A stretch of DNA of 64,000 nucleotides from Ylistrum balloti (Eukaryota), in contig NW_026782742.1 in NCBI RefSeq assembly GCF_031769215.1, forward strand, positions 248,001 through 312,000. The letters run 5' to 3'. The first letter of the stretch is position 1, and every line of letters starts with the position of its first letter. The position numbers and the translations under genes were made by a program. Below the pieces are notes generated by a model that saw only the letters and a program-made list of their open reading frames with translations, did not search any database and was not told where the DNA came from. Shown piece after piece: positions 1 to 11,844 of this stretch.

Positions 1-256
1 TGACTGTATAACTTAAAATGTATCCATGAACTCTGACCTTTGACCTCATTCGGGAATTCTATCACAGATAGATCACAGCAACATCAAAGCATGAACATGA
101 CGATCTACATCAGAACAACAACAACCAACAAATGTATAGTAATTGTCATGTTTAAATATATAACGCATACATACGGTCAATGAAATGATAGTGTGCGCAC
201 GTGCGTGAGAGCAAGTACAACAAACTGTGAAAAAAGTGTTATTAAATCAGGATTAC

Positions 257-390
257 CTGACACCAATAGCGACAAGTGTCGTCACGCTGACGGCTAACCA
301 CGTGAGCAGATAAGCCAATGGGTGATTGTAATGGTGGATTGTCTTGTTGCTGTACGCACCATAAAACATCAGGCTATCAGACAACTCTCC
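257..390 (-). CDS. TMC: TMC exon (GELSDSLMFYGAYSNKTIHHYNHPLAYLLTWLAVSVTTLVAIGV)
   Basis: Acceptor tttggtttccag at 391-402, donor gtaatc at 251-256; carries the FYG.Y / PLAYL motifs and a hydrophobic helix. Confidence 0.9.
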
Positions 391-3300
391 CTGGAAACCA
401 AACATTTTCTTAAACTTTAATATCATAGAAAAGTTGTTGACCATTTTAGCTCCAAAATCAATTAACATCAATCAAAATTTTCCTATGGGCAGATTTAGGG
501 AATTCGCGGTCAGTGTCTTAAATATAAGCTGTATTTTGTACAGGGCGAAGAACGACAAAAGTGGCAAGTTTCTGGCGAACCACTTTTATCTTTCTATGCC
601 GAGCTCGGAGGTACAGTTCCACTCTTCAATGGATATAATAAGCAACTTTATGTACATTTTCGTAAATAAATTTGTTTGTCATGATTACTTTTCAAACAAC
701 CATTTATATTTAAAAAAAAAACAATATTCAAATAAATCGAGAAGTAATTCTGTCGAATTTGTGCACGTGCTAAAATACAATTTTTCCGTTAGTGTCGAAT
801 ACAGCAAAAGTACATATGGTAGGTGTATTCCGACAATGGCAGCACCGATTGCAGGATTAAAAAAAATGAAATTTTAAACTTGTATTTAGATTTCATCAAA
901 ACACTCAGGTAAGTTTTCTTGTGCGTACGAAAACTATCACCATCAGCGGTCAGTATTTCACAACGTTAACTGTTAGTGTTCAATTATATTTACCGCACGG
1001 GATATATACCCTTTGACCACTAAATGAAATCACCAAGAAATAAATAAAGACATATGAACACACAAACGAAGTATATAAAATGACCTGATGTTACACATGA
1101 CAAAATATATTGTAGTAGTTGACCAAGTTTATCAGACTGTCGGGTAAAACTACACAAATACGGCATTGAAAACAAAGAAAGAAAAATACGTCGTACCCAC
1201 AGAATCTTGTTTCGAACTAAAATTCAATCAGACTACAGCAAAATATAAACAAAAAAGATATCTACTCAGAGACTACTTACTTTAAAGATAAAGGGAATTA
1301 ACGCCATGTGCTTTTATATGCAATTTGAATGAATAAATGAACGAATGAATGAATGAATGTGAATGAATGAATGAATGAATGAATAAACGATACCAGGCTA
1401 TCCGTAGAAGGCATACTTAGCGTAGACACAGATATTTATGAAATTTGCAATGGTGACTATACCTGCAATCAAAAGGTATTACAAGTACTGGATGTACAAT
1501 ATAACACGAACGCTACACAACTGGTAGGAAACCCATACCTCTTCAAACCCATGTGGAAATGTTTTAAAAAATGTTTACATCAAGTTTGGTATCGTTAATA
1601 TACTTTTCTACAATTTGATTATCCTTCCGTACAACCATGTGCACACATTTTCCATTCTCGGCACTTTTCGCTGTCAAGATTAACGGTATACCATGAAGAG
1701 CGAGTCAAACGAAGGGAAGTAACTCTAAGAAATGAGAAATGATATTATCCCAACTAGCATGTTGATTGTTTGCAGCCACGTACTTTCTATTGTATAGATT
1801 AATAATGTGTACTTGAAGCTAATAACTTTCGAATTGACTTTTTATGGATAGTCAATAGATTAAGCTATTACTTACAAACGTTCCAGTGATCGTAAGGTTG
1901 CTTTCCGTATCTGTGTCTATCAGCTACAAAAGAATATAGAAAACGTACAAACAGGAAAGTGTTCGAGTGCCAACTACAGAACACTAGTCTGACACTCAAC
2001 CAATCGAGATAAAGAGAAGTTTTCTCTAGCCGATTGGTATATTGCGGCTAGTATTTTACCAGTGTTACATTGTAATATACAATGATGAGTAAAAACAGTT
2101 ACGCAGATTAGAGTATGTAATCGAACTGGGCTTGACAAGGAAAACATTTTTTTTTGACAGGAGGTCTGTCCGGGTCCCGAATTTATCACCAAATAACAAA
2201 TCCAAAATAGTATACAGTTACCACACCACGACGTCAACCTGCCAAAAAGGATAGTCGAAAGGAGTGACAAACATCTAGACATTTTTAATAAGAGAATAGT
2301 GACAGATTCGCTATTACAATGTACAGGATATGTACATGTGATCGCAATGTAAACACGGCAACGAATTTTACTCATAACACGCATCAGATTCGGTATTGAT
2401 ATCACATGCTTGATTAAGATTAATATATAGCATGCGCGTCAGACTGGAAAATTCATATTCAGCCAAAATCTTGACTTTTGCGAGTGATAAAATAGACATT
2501 TTATTTCAAAAATACTTACAAAGCAGACCAGACAATATACAGAAAGATGTTTTTTCTGCACATTTGTTTATTAATTTTTCGACTCATTATTCAAATATTT
2601 GTTATTTTACTTCCTTATCATGGTGTGTTATGCATATTACCTGAAACATGTGGATTGTATCAAAAAGGCACCGGTGTCTGTGATTGGAGTCACATTTTTA
2701 ATAGAAAGGTTACAGATTTAGAAAACATGCGATAAGAGAGTGTGAAACATAGTCCGTGGGAAAACTTGTGGTACTTATGTACTTAAGTTTATACGACATT
2801 ACATGCCAGTGGAAAAACAATAAGACATCTCTGTCCGATCTATGTACATGGTGGTGGTGGACTGATACAGCGAAATTCTCGACAAGCTCCGTAAAGACGT
2901 TGATGTAAATTTATACTCACATGTGGTAGTGTTGTAAAGGCAAACATTACAAACGCTGTCGAGATGTTGATGTAAAACAAGATCCGCAGAAATTTGAAGT
3001 AGGATGCTACATTACTTCCGAAATAAGCTGGAGGATAAAATTAGTGATGAAAAAATAATATAAGTCAGGTTTACATGTCACAATGACATTTTCGGTAAAA
3101 AGAATAGAAAAAAAATAAAAACATCAACAAAAATCTGTTATTTGGTAAATGCTCAAAAATTGAAGAAAATTTGACGCGCTACAGCGAGTGATCAAATTCG
3201 TTCTTATCATATTTTGTATTATTACTGGAAAACGTCGAAAACAGAAACTTCCGACAGAAACAATCTATTCTGGTTTTATTGATATAGAGAGGTTGCAGTG

Positions 3301-5946
3301 TTTTATAGATGTACGTTATTATCATTTGCTCGTGTTGTGTGTGACATAACAAATATCCGTACTTCTTAAACATAAATTGTTAGTGACACAAAACTTTCTC
3401 TCAAAACTCTTAAGCTACAGCTTCATTGTGAAAATGTATCACACATCTTTAAGCTATTAATGGTGAAATACATTTTATTTGCTTCTTTAATTGATGTTGT
3501 AGGTCGAGAACTAGTGAAATTTACAAATAGGCTGGTTATTATCCAACAGGAAATAGCTAGTTTAAGTACTATGTCTTATATTGGTGAGGCATGGTAAATA
3601 ATATATATGCTTTAACTTACCTGCTATGTTTTTTATAACTCCATCCCACAGCTGAAACGCCGAGGCGATGTTGTTCCTTGTCTATAACAACAACAAAAAC
3701 AACAAATAGTCAACATTTACCACTCAAACACAACATCGAGGTACCGAACAACGCAAGAAAACAGACACTATGGTTTTTAACGTTCCGTTGGTTTGTTTTC
3801 ATTACTACATACCTTCAACCATTTCAGTTGATACATGTAACATAGATCTTCAACTGTCATGTATGCAGTTAAATACACGAAAGTGGCAATGTTAAAGTTG
3901 TTTAAAATGATTCGAGGCTATTTTCTATCGATTTTATAATTCACACAAATATTTGATTTCCCTGTTATGACGCAATCAGGGCAGCGAGAAAGTTTGTAAA
4001 TCGATCAAGCTAGATCGATATTTTTGAATGGTAGGTGTACAATTTCCATAAATGTAGATGATTTTTGTGCAGGTTTTTATTTCAAAAGTATCCTATGAAA
4101 TCTTTATTTGTGCGTAACATCTCTTTATAGTAAACGTACTCACAGGACAGAATGTGGTCAATATGAAGAGGCTGAGTAATGTCGGGAAAGGCAAATGGAT
4201 AAATAACCAGGAGGTTTACACAAGTTTTGATATGTTTTCTTGGACATTGTTATTCTAATCCATGTAATATAGAACGTACCATCGTTACTAGAAACAAAAT
4301 AAAAAATATAAACACTCGCATATTTTAGGAGAGAGGGGGAGGGACTGTCGAGGGGGAGGGGACAGGGATTATGATCTTGGCTATTATCAATTTGAAATGA
4401 ACACGTGATGCTCACTCGTAATGATTTTCTCTAAATGTATTATTTGATTGATTCCCAATACTTACCTTCCCTTGACGGCTGTACTGACCTTTGACCGCAT
4501 GGTGTCGATTACTTCCACGCTGGAAAACGCTAATTAAAAATGTAGAAATGTTCCTATTTATTTATTCTATATTCTATATATTTAATACCAGCATTAGATC
4601 CTTTAATCGACGATAAAACTGGCTAAACAACTTTGCAGTTACGAATAAAACCTTAAAATCGTTGAATGTATCTGTTGATTTATAGAAAAAAAAAATGTTT
4701 TGCTATATGAAATCTTACATGAGAAGTTTAAATTTTATGATAATATGATATTTGATATTCATGACCAAAAAAATGATTTAACACGGTAACAACAGTGTAA
4801 TATATTAATTAAATGTTTCCATCAATTCGACGTATTAATTACACAAGTAGATATTTAAGTAGGGAAAAATTATTTTACCATTGAATTTCGTATATACCTA
4901 CCGGATAACTTTCAGCTTTTCACGGAGCGGAAGTGAGTTTTCCTTAATTTTATCTAAAATCTTTTCTTCATAATCGTCTTGTTCTGCAGCCGGAAGATTG
5001 GACTGAGCATGCTCTACTTGTTGTTCAGCATCAAATCTGAAAAAATGCCAGTAAATATTCTTTCTTTCCTTCTTTCTTTCACTTACCTATTACTGAGCGA
5101 AAAGCAATGTATCTGAATAAGGAGATGCGCATATTTCGTGCACGTATGTCAGAGAAATTATCGCTTAATCTTTAAAAAAGCATATACAATCAAGGAAACC
5201 TATATATTTTCAACCAGTATATATATAAAGTACATTACCCTATTACAATATACAGTAACTTAACATTGAAGTATGGATCACTTTGACTCTTGCGTACCCA
5301 TGGTTGATGAAAGCATAGTTCATTCGGTACAAAAGTTCATCTGGAGATAATAGTTTCGGCTCTTGGTGATTATCGGGATAATCGATTTCCGGTTCCGGTT
5401 GAGTGTAGTTACTTCCTATAATAGAAAGATACATCACAATAGTCAATAACTATTTAAATATCCTTAAGCATCGTCGATCTCTGAAATCACTCAGGTTGAC
5501 CTCACATGCTGTCAGTGGAGAAGTTGATTATTAAGTACGGTAAAGAAAAGAGAGAGAGAACCTCACAGAATTCTGTCAAAAATGTCGTAACGAAGTAAAA
5601 GTCATTATCAGTGAAGGAAGCCTATTATTAGAATTGGTGTTAATGTCATTACGACCTACATGTATTTTACTTCAATTCAATTATAATTATTATATTTCAA
5701 TTTTTGGCATCGTATAAATAGGCGTAATTTAAACTGAAATGACATTAAACAGAGAGATCATTTATATTTAAACCATTTTTCGCCTTTAGGTAAACAAGAT
5801 CAAATGTTTATTTGAGTAAAATTGATTTACTCAGTATCTTTTCTATGGACACTTACTGTTTCGAAGCCCGCTGTACTGGGACGATGACGGACCACTCTGT
5901 ACCAGAGGCAGACCCTCCCTGTCTGAATCCATATTGAAGGATTCTC
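257..5946 (-). CDS. TMC: Transmembrane channel-like (TMC family) protein, N-terminal half; gene continues beyond the window start
   Basis: Phase-compatible GT-AG exons on -: 5857-5946, 5298-5415, 4902-5036, 4466-4519, a short linker exon (4280-4287 or 4220-4287), 3813-3853, 3621-3681, 2921-3027, 1876-1923, 1281-1310, 257-390. The spliced protein has TMC hallmarks: SLPLREKLKVIR, WLK...QLWDGVIKNIAAYFGSNVASYFKFLRILFYINISTAFVMFAFTTLP (cf. LW...IEG.FG..V.SYF.FLR.L) and FHMALIPFIFKGELSDSLMFYGAYSN...YNHPLAYLL (cf. G.L..S..FYG.Y...Y..PLAYL). Paralogue not determined; exons between 3800 and 4530 are less certain. Confidence 0.9.
1329..1386 (+). repeat. (GAAT)n microsatellite
   Basis: Imperfect run gaatgaataaatgaacgaatgaatgaatgaatgtgaatgaatgaatgaatgaat in a TMC intron. 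Confidence 0.85.
2921..3027 (-). CDS. TMC: TMC exon (YFGSNVASYFKFLRILFYINISTAFVMFAFTTLPH, first TM helix)
   Basis: Acceptor ttttatcctccag, donor gtgagt; SYF.FLR motif; phase 1 to 0 fits both neighbours. Absent from the ORF track. Confidence 0.9.
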
Positions 5947-5989
5947 CTATAGGGTAAGCAAGAATAAATCCATACAGAGATATCATAAT

Positions 5990-7566
5990 AATTACCTCCC
6001 CTGATATCTAATAATCTCACTTAACTCCCATGATATCTAATAATCTCACTTACCTCCCCTGATATCTAATAATCTCTCTTACCTCCCCTGATATCCAATA
6101 ATGTCACTTGCCTCTCCTGATATCCAATAATCTCACTTACCTCCCCTGATATCTAATAATCTCTCTTACCTCCCCTGATATCCAATAATCTCACTTGCCT
6201 CCCCTGATATCCAATAATCTCATTTACCTCCCCTGATATCCAATAATCTTATTTACCTCCCCTGATATCTGATAATCTCACTTACCTCCCCGATATCTTA
6301 TAATCTCATTTACCTCTCCTGATATCCAATAATCTCATTTACCTCCCCGATATCTTATAATCTCATTTACCTCTCCTGATATCCAATAATCTTATTTACC
6401 TCCCCTGATATCTTATAATCTCATTTACCTCTCCTGATATCCAATAATCTTATTTACCTCCCCTGATATCCAATAATCTTATTTACCTCCCCTGATATCC
6501 AATAATCTTATTTACCTCCCCTGATATCCAATAATCTTATTTACCTCCCCTGATATCCAATAATCTTATTTACCTCCCCTGATATCTAATAATCTCTCTT
6601 ACCTCCCCTGATATTCAATAATCTCACTTGCCTCCCCTGATATCCAATAATCTCATTTACCTCCCCTGATATCTAATAATCTCTCTTACCTCCCCTGATA
6701 TCTAATAATCTCACTTACCTCCCCTGATATCTAATAATCTCTCTTACCTCCCCTGATATCCAATAATCTCACTTGCCTCCCCTGATATCCAATAATCTCA
6801 TTTACCTCATTTACCTCCCCTGATATCCAATAATCTTATTTACCTCCCCTGATATCTGATAATCTCACTTACCTCCCCGATATCTTATAATCTCATTTAC
6901 CTCTCCTGATATCCAATAATCTTATTTACCTCCCCTGATATCTAATAATCTCTCTTACCTCTCCTGATATCCAATAATCTTATTTACCTCCCCTGATATC
7001 CAATAATCTCATTTACCTCCCCTGATATCCAATAATCTTATTTACCTCCCCTGATATCCAATAATCTTATTTACCTCCCCTGATATCCAATAATCTCTCT
7101 TACCTCCCCTGATATCCAATAATTTCACTTACCTCCCCTGATATCTAATAATCTCTCTTACCTCCCCTGATATTCAATAATCTCACTTGCCTCCCCTGAT
7201 ATCCAATAATCTCATTTACCTCCTCGATATCTTATAATCTCATTACCTCCCCAGATATCTAATAATCTCTCTTACCTCCCCTGATATTCAATATTCTCAC
7301 TTGCCTCCCCTGATATCCAATAATCTCATTTACCTCCCCTGATATCTCATAATCTCTCTTACCTCCTCTGATATCCAATAATTTCACTTACCTCCCCTGA
7401 TATCTAATAATCTCACTTACCTCCCCTGATATCTAATAATCTCACTTACCTCCCCTGATGTCTAATAATTTTACTTACCTCCCCTAATATCCAATAATCT
7501 CACTTACCTCCCCTAATATCTAATAATCTTACTTACCTCCCCTGATGTCTAATAATTTCACTTACC
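5990..7566. repeat. 29-bp minisatellite, ~54 copies, filling a TMC intron
   Basis: Unit CCTCCCCTGATATCYAATAATCTYWYTTA repeated head-to-tail with recurring variants. Confidence 0.97.
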
Positions 7567-7570
7567 ATAC

Positions 7571-7589
7571 CTGACAACTTTCGGTCCAT
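7571..7589 (-). CDS. Candidate first coding exon of the TMC gene (MDRKLS)
   Basis: ATG GAC CGA AAG TTG TCA G|gtatgg; the phase-1 end joins exon 5857-5946 in frame. An in-frame ATG at 5930-5932 is an alternative start. Confidence 0.5.
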
Positions 7590-8879
7590 ATCTATTTGAG
7601 TTCTATTACTTATATTGACTATAAATACCATGGGAGTCAGTTAAGTAAATTTCATATTATGTAATAAGCTACTCATTAACAATATTAGATTATTCAGATC
7701 GAAAAGTAATGTCGACGACCCAGCGTTACCGTCTCTATGACTATAATCATGACGTAATAAGAAACTAAGTGAAATATGACCCTTTAAATTACTTTTTTGT
7801 CTATCTAGTTTATATACACAGTATTGTTTTTGACCAAATGTAAATATATATTGATCATCAAGTAAAAACGTTTAAAAACATTCGTCGTAAAATTTATATA
7901 TTGTTATATACCTCTCTATCTTGGGAACCAGCGAGTGCGATTGAATTGAAATTTGATTTACGGGTTGGTGGGGGGGGGGGGGGTGTGTGTGTCTTTCCTC
8001 CTGAAGAAACATTGTAATTAAATCCCATGTACAGTCAGTATTACACCATTTAAAATACATAACTTATTACAAAGTCTACTTATGCAGGTGTTTTATTTAA
8101 AATCAAAAATACAAGTAATTTGAATATCAAAGATAATGTCTGCGTACTTTACCTAATGTGCATGTACGTCGCACTAATTGCTATGGCCTGACTAAATCAT
8201 CGTGCACACAAACCTTGAAGTACTTTAAGTCTATTGAGCAGTCTACAAATTGTATGTATCAAGGAGAATTGTATTTCCAATCGGCAAATAAAAGTTGAAT
8301 TCTTAATTAATTTTGTTGTGTTCTTTTATAACTACTATACAATACACTTACCTTGTTATTAGGAACATTTAACTCCCCATTACATACAGTGTATATGTAA
8401 CACTACACACATATATACTAGTGTTGTGGATACTGGTGGTAAAATCGTTCTAAATACTCATTTCTCAAAATATAGCGCCATCGTCAGCTTCATTGCTTAC
8501 AAGTAAATTACAAGAAACAATTCAGATATCTTATTCTTAATAATGATATATATTAAAATTTTCTGGATCGCAGATCTAACAAAATGTCAAAAAGGAATAG
8601 GGACAAAAAATTAGAAAGTCCGAAAAAAAATTAATTTTAAGGTTTGAAATATTTCTTAATCAAACTTACAATGCTTTTAGGTCATTTCAAACATTATCAT
8701 CTTTATCAAAGAGGAAACTGGAACAATAACGTATATTGATAAGATAAGTATTGGGTATGTACTCATCACAGGCTATATTTGATATAAATGTTTGTTATCG
8801 CGTTCCATGAAATGTTTGTTTCAGTACAGGGGGAAATAACATGTACTTGTCAACATTTAAAAAGAGAAAAACTGAACTT

Positions 8880-9120
8880 TATAATTTGTTTGTTTGTTTG
8901 TTTATTGTATGGATTTATCTTTCCTTGAACAACCGGAGTCGTTTGAAGAGGGTTGTGGTCATAACTATTAACCATTTGACTGAACAACATGCGGGAGGCC
9001 TGTCACATGCCGACCAGATCATAAGAAACACAAACTGCCTCGGGAAGCGAGAGTCGAACCAATGACCCCTCGGATATTTACCTGAGGTTACTTATGCCAA
9101 CACTACCGACTGAGATGTCA
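8880..9120 (-). mobile_element. tRNA-derived SINE
   Basis: On -: A-box-like CTCAGTCGGTAG (9103-9114) and B-box GGTTCGACTC (9051-9060), ending in an (AAAC)n-type tail at ~8880-8905. The 3' end resembles the SINE-like ends at 18640, 31570 and 45340. Confidence 0.65.
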
Positions 9121-11844
9121 CTAAAACGATAATACAAATATACATAAATATATGTATATAATTACGGCGACCCAGTTGATGAAATGATATGTATATCAAT
9201 ACTAGTACTTAAGTTCTTATTACATGTGTAAGGTTTGTTGACAGTGATCCAACCTACAGCCAAGTGGTGTTATATAACAATACACCTACTGTTATACTAG
9301 TGTCACACACCAGTTGTAACATTGTTATTTGTTGTCACTACTGTACGGTAATCTTCCTCTTATTGTCATACAAACGCATACTATGCCTATTGTCATTAAT
9401 TGTCACTACTGCATACAGTAATGTCGCTTATTGTAATAAAAATGGGTACTTTGCCCATTGCATTGATCAATATAGGCAGACTGAATATATGTGTTTTGGC
9501 GCTGGGGATAACACATCCTCTAATTCTGTTACATGTAATCAAGTTTATTCCGAACATACAAGGTTCGTGTTCATTAATCTATCATAAAACAGTAATAGCT
9601 ATATGTTATGTTACTTTATTTATTTATCTATCTATTTATCATTTATCTATTATACATTCATTTATTTTCTTAATCGATCTAAGACAAAAATCATACGACT
9701 ACTGCACATATGATAACACTGTTCTTGTACACAAGCACGATCACCTAATTACTCTAGATATCCAGATTGTTGCAGGTTTTTTGAAGGAATGGGAAATGGA
9801 CTATCAGAACTACTCTTCTCTATAAATGTACCTCGATAAAGCAATAAACTTGACACTCGAGGGGCCGAGACTGAACAAAATGCCACAATAAATCTCTATT
9901 TCGATCTTTATCGACTGCGATGGCTCCAAATCAGTCTCTCAAACGTGGTGAAATTTTCTTGATAAAGTTATGCAAAGAGCAAAATCACCCCAATTGTCGA
10001 AAAAAAAAATATGAATGAATTATTTTTTATTTTATTGGTTTGTTATTTCGGTTATAACCTTTGAAACAGAAAGAGTTGATAAGGAATAATTTGTGGGGTT
10101 TTTTGGCTGGGTTTGATTGGCTGTCAATACTACTGCCAGGGTCCGTGTAGTAGCTTTTGGCTACATCACCCAACATACAGCAGTGACCCAAGGCGAAGTA
10201 AGTTTATTGTCCTCGGCATCAAAAACAGGTGCATTTCCCTGTAATACAAACGGTCACATGATAGGGGGCGTCGAACCAAACACCTCGGATCTTCGACCAA
10301 AGGTTTGTGAGCTCAAACGCTTTGATAACTGGTCTATAGTAGAGAGGGAAGTAGCATTTTTTGCTCGGAGATCGCACATCGAATTTGGCTTCTTCTGTAC
10401 GTAACAGGAGATAGACATTCCACGTATTCTTCGGACATGTCTTACTAAAAGATTTATCAAAAAGACACAAATTGAAGAACAACAATAACTAGTGACACTG
10501 GCATACCGTTGTTACTAGTATCGATACAACATTGTGACAACATACAAATCAACAAAGCGACAAAATAAATAAATAAATAACCTGTCTCAGAACCAGAACG
10601 TCTTTATTTCCCGTGATTCATGTCATTATTCCAAAAAGGACATTTCAATTTTTTTTTTATCAAATACCTTTGTCTTACTTCAGTAAATAAATTATGAACC
10701 TGAATTCAATTCCTGATAAACACAGTTTAAAATGTGCTCCCGTACCTCGCACCATTGCTGGTGGTACACACTAGCACTGCTGGTAGACTTTAAAAGTTTT
10801 GCCGAGATTTACCGTAACCTGCATGTCACGCTTTGATTTATACACATGTACTTTTGTTCTTTTGAAATAATGCAATATTGTGAATAATAAAATGATTGAA
10901 CTTTGGGGTTAGTGTACCTGCCAATCTGGTTTTTAACACTTCTTTCGAACACTTTTGATTTTCCTCTCCCGCTTCCTAAGATTGAGGCCCCTAGCAACAC
11001 TGACGAGTCCTAGGAGAAAACAGGTGTATGGTGCAGTTTTGTTCATAAGATTTGTAATAAAGAATGCTGATTACTTGTGTCTTTTGTACAATGTTATAAA
11101 TGTATACCTTGAAACGGACATAATAGGTATATAGCAAAGATTGGAGTATATGTATATATATGTACATTCTAGTACATAAAAAAAATCTACTGAACGACGT
11201 GTAGCTTTTTGTATAAACGTTTACATAGTATTCTCTGATAATTTACCGAATGTAAGTAAATATACAGACTGCCAAAAAGAATGTGACCTTCAGTGATAGG
11301 TAATATATAGGTACATGTTACCGGTATACCTATGTATCTACCTGTAATCAACAGGTAGATCTGCCGCTCCGTCATATATACAGTATTGACCCATATCTCT
11401 TTTGTTAATATCAAATACCTGACGATCGTCGAACCTGATATTGGATCAATTCCGTGACAACACAAGACAAATCAAATTAAATGTTTAACTTCAATTAGTG
11501 TACACTGTTTGTTCAAACAGAGCTTTAAAGTAACCGGTTCATTACGTCTGGATTGATCAGGTTGTAAATCAGAACAACAATCGCTATTTAGTTTACGCAC
11601 TTTGTTCTGTATCATGATAAAATCGATCACTTCCTTGTGATTAGAGTTGAATCATTCAGGTTATTTCATTTACGTGTGTGTCTTAAAGTTGGGAGACCAA
11701 CATTTACGTTTGGGATTTAAATGATTAAAGAAATGGACACGTATGGACGCTCCAAAACGACCCTAAGTGAGGGGTTAAAAGCCTGCATTTAAAGTGCTGA
11801 TGTTTTTAAAAAGACTTAACTGATATCACTAAGATATTATCAAA

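Noticed and set aside
434-877. 147-aa + strand ORF
   Set aside because: Lies in a TMC intron on the opposite strand, starts at TTG, AT-rich, no recognisable motif.
1974-2405. 143-aa - strand ORF as a TMC exon
   Set aside because: The TMC frame closes without it (2921-3027, 1876-1923, 1281-1310); no TMC motif and no compatible splice sites.
9035-9115. Possible tRNA gene
   Set aside because: Has A- and B-box-like motifs but I could not build a cloverleaf, and it continues into a SINE-type tail.
10117-10485. Three overlapping ORFs in a GC-richer island
   Set aside because: No frame gives a recognisable protein and no convincing splice pair links it to a neighbour; at most a UTR exon or repeat relic.
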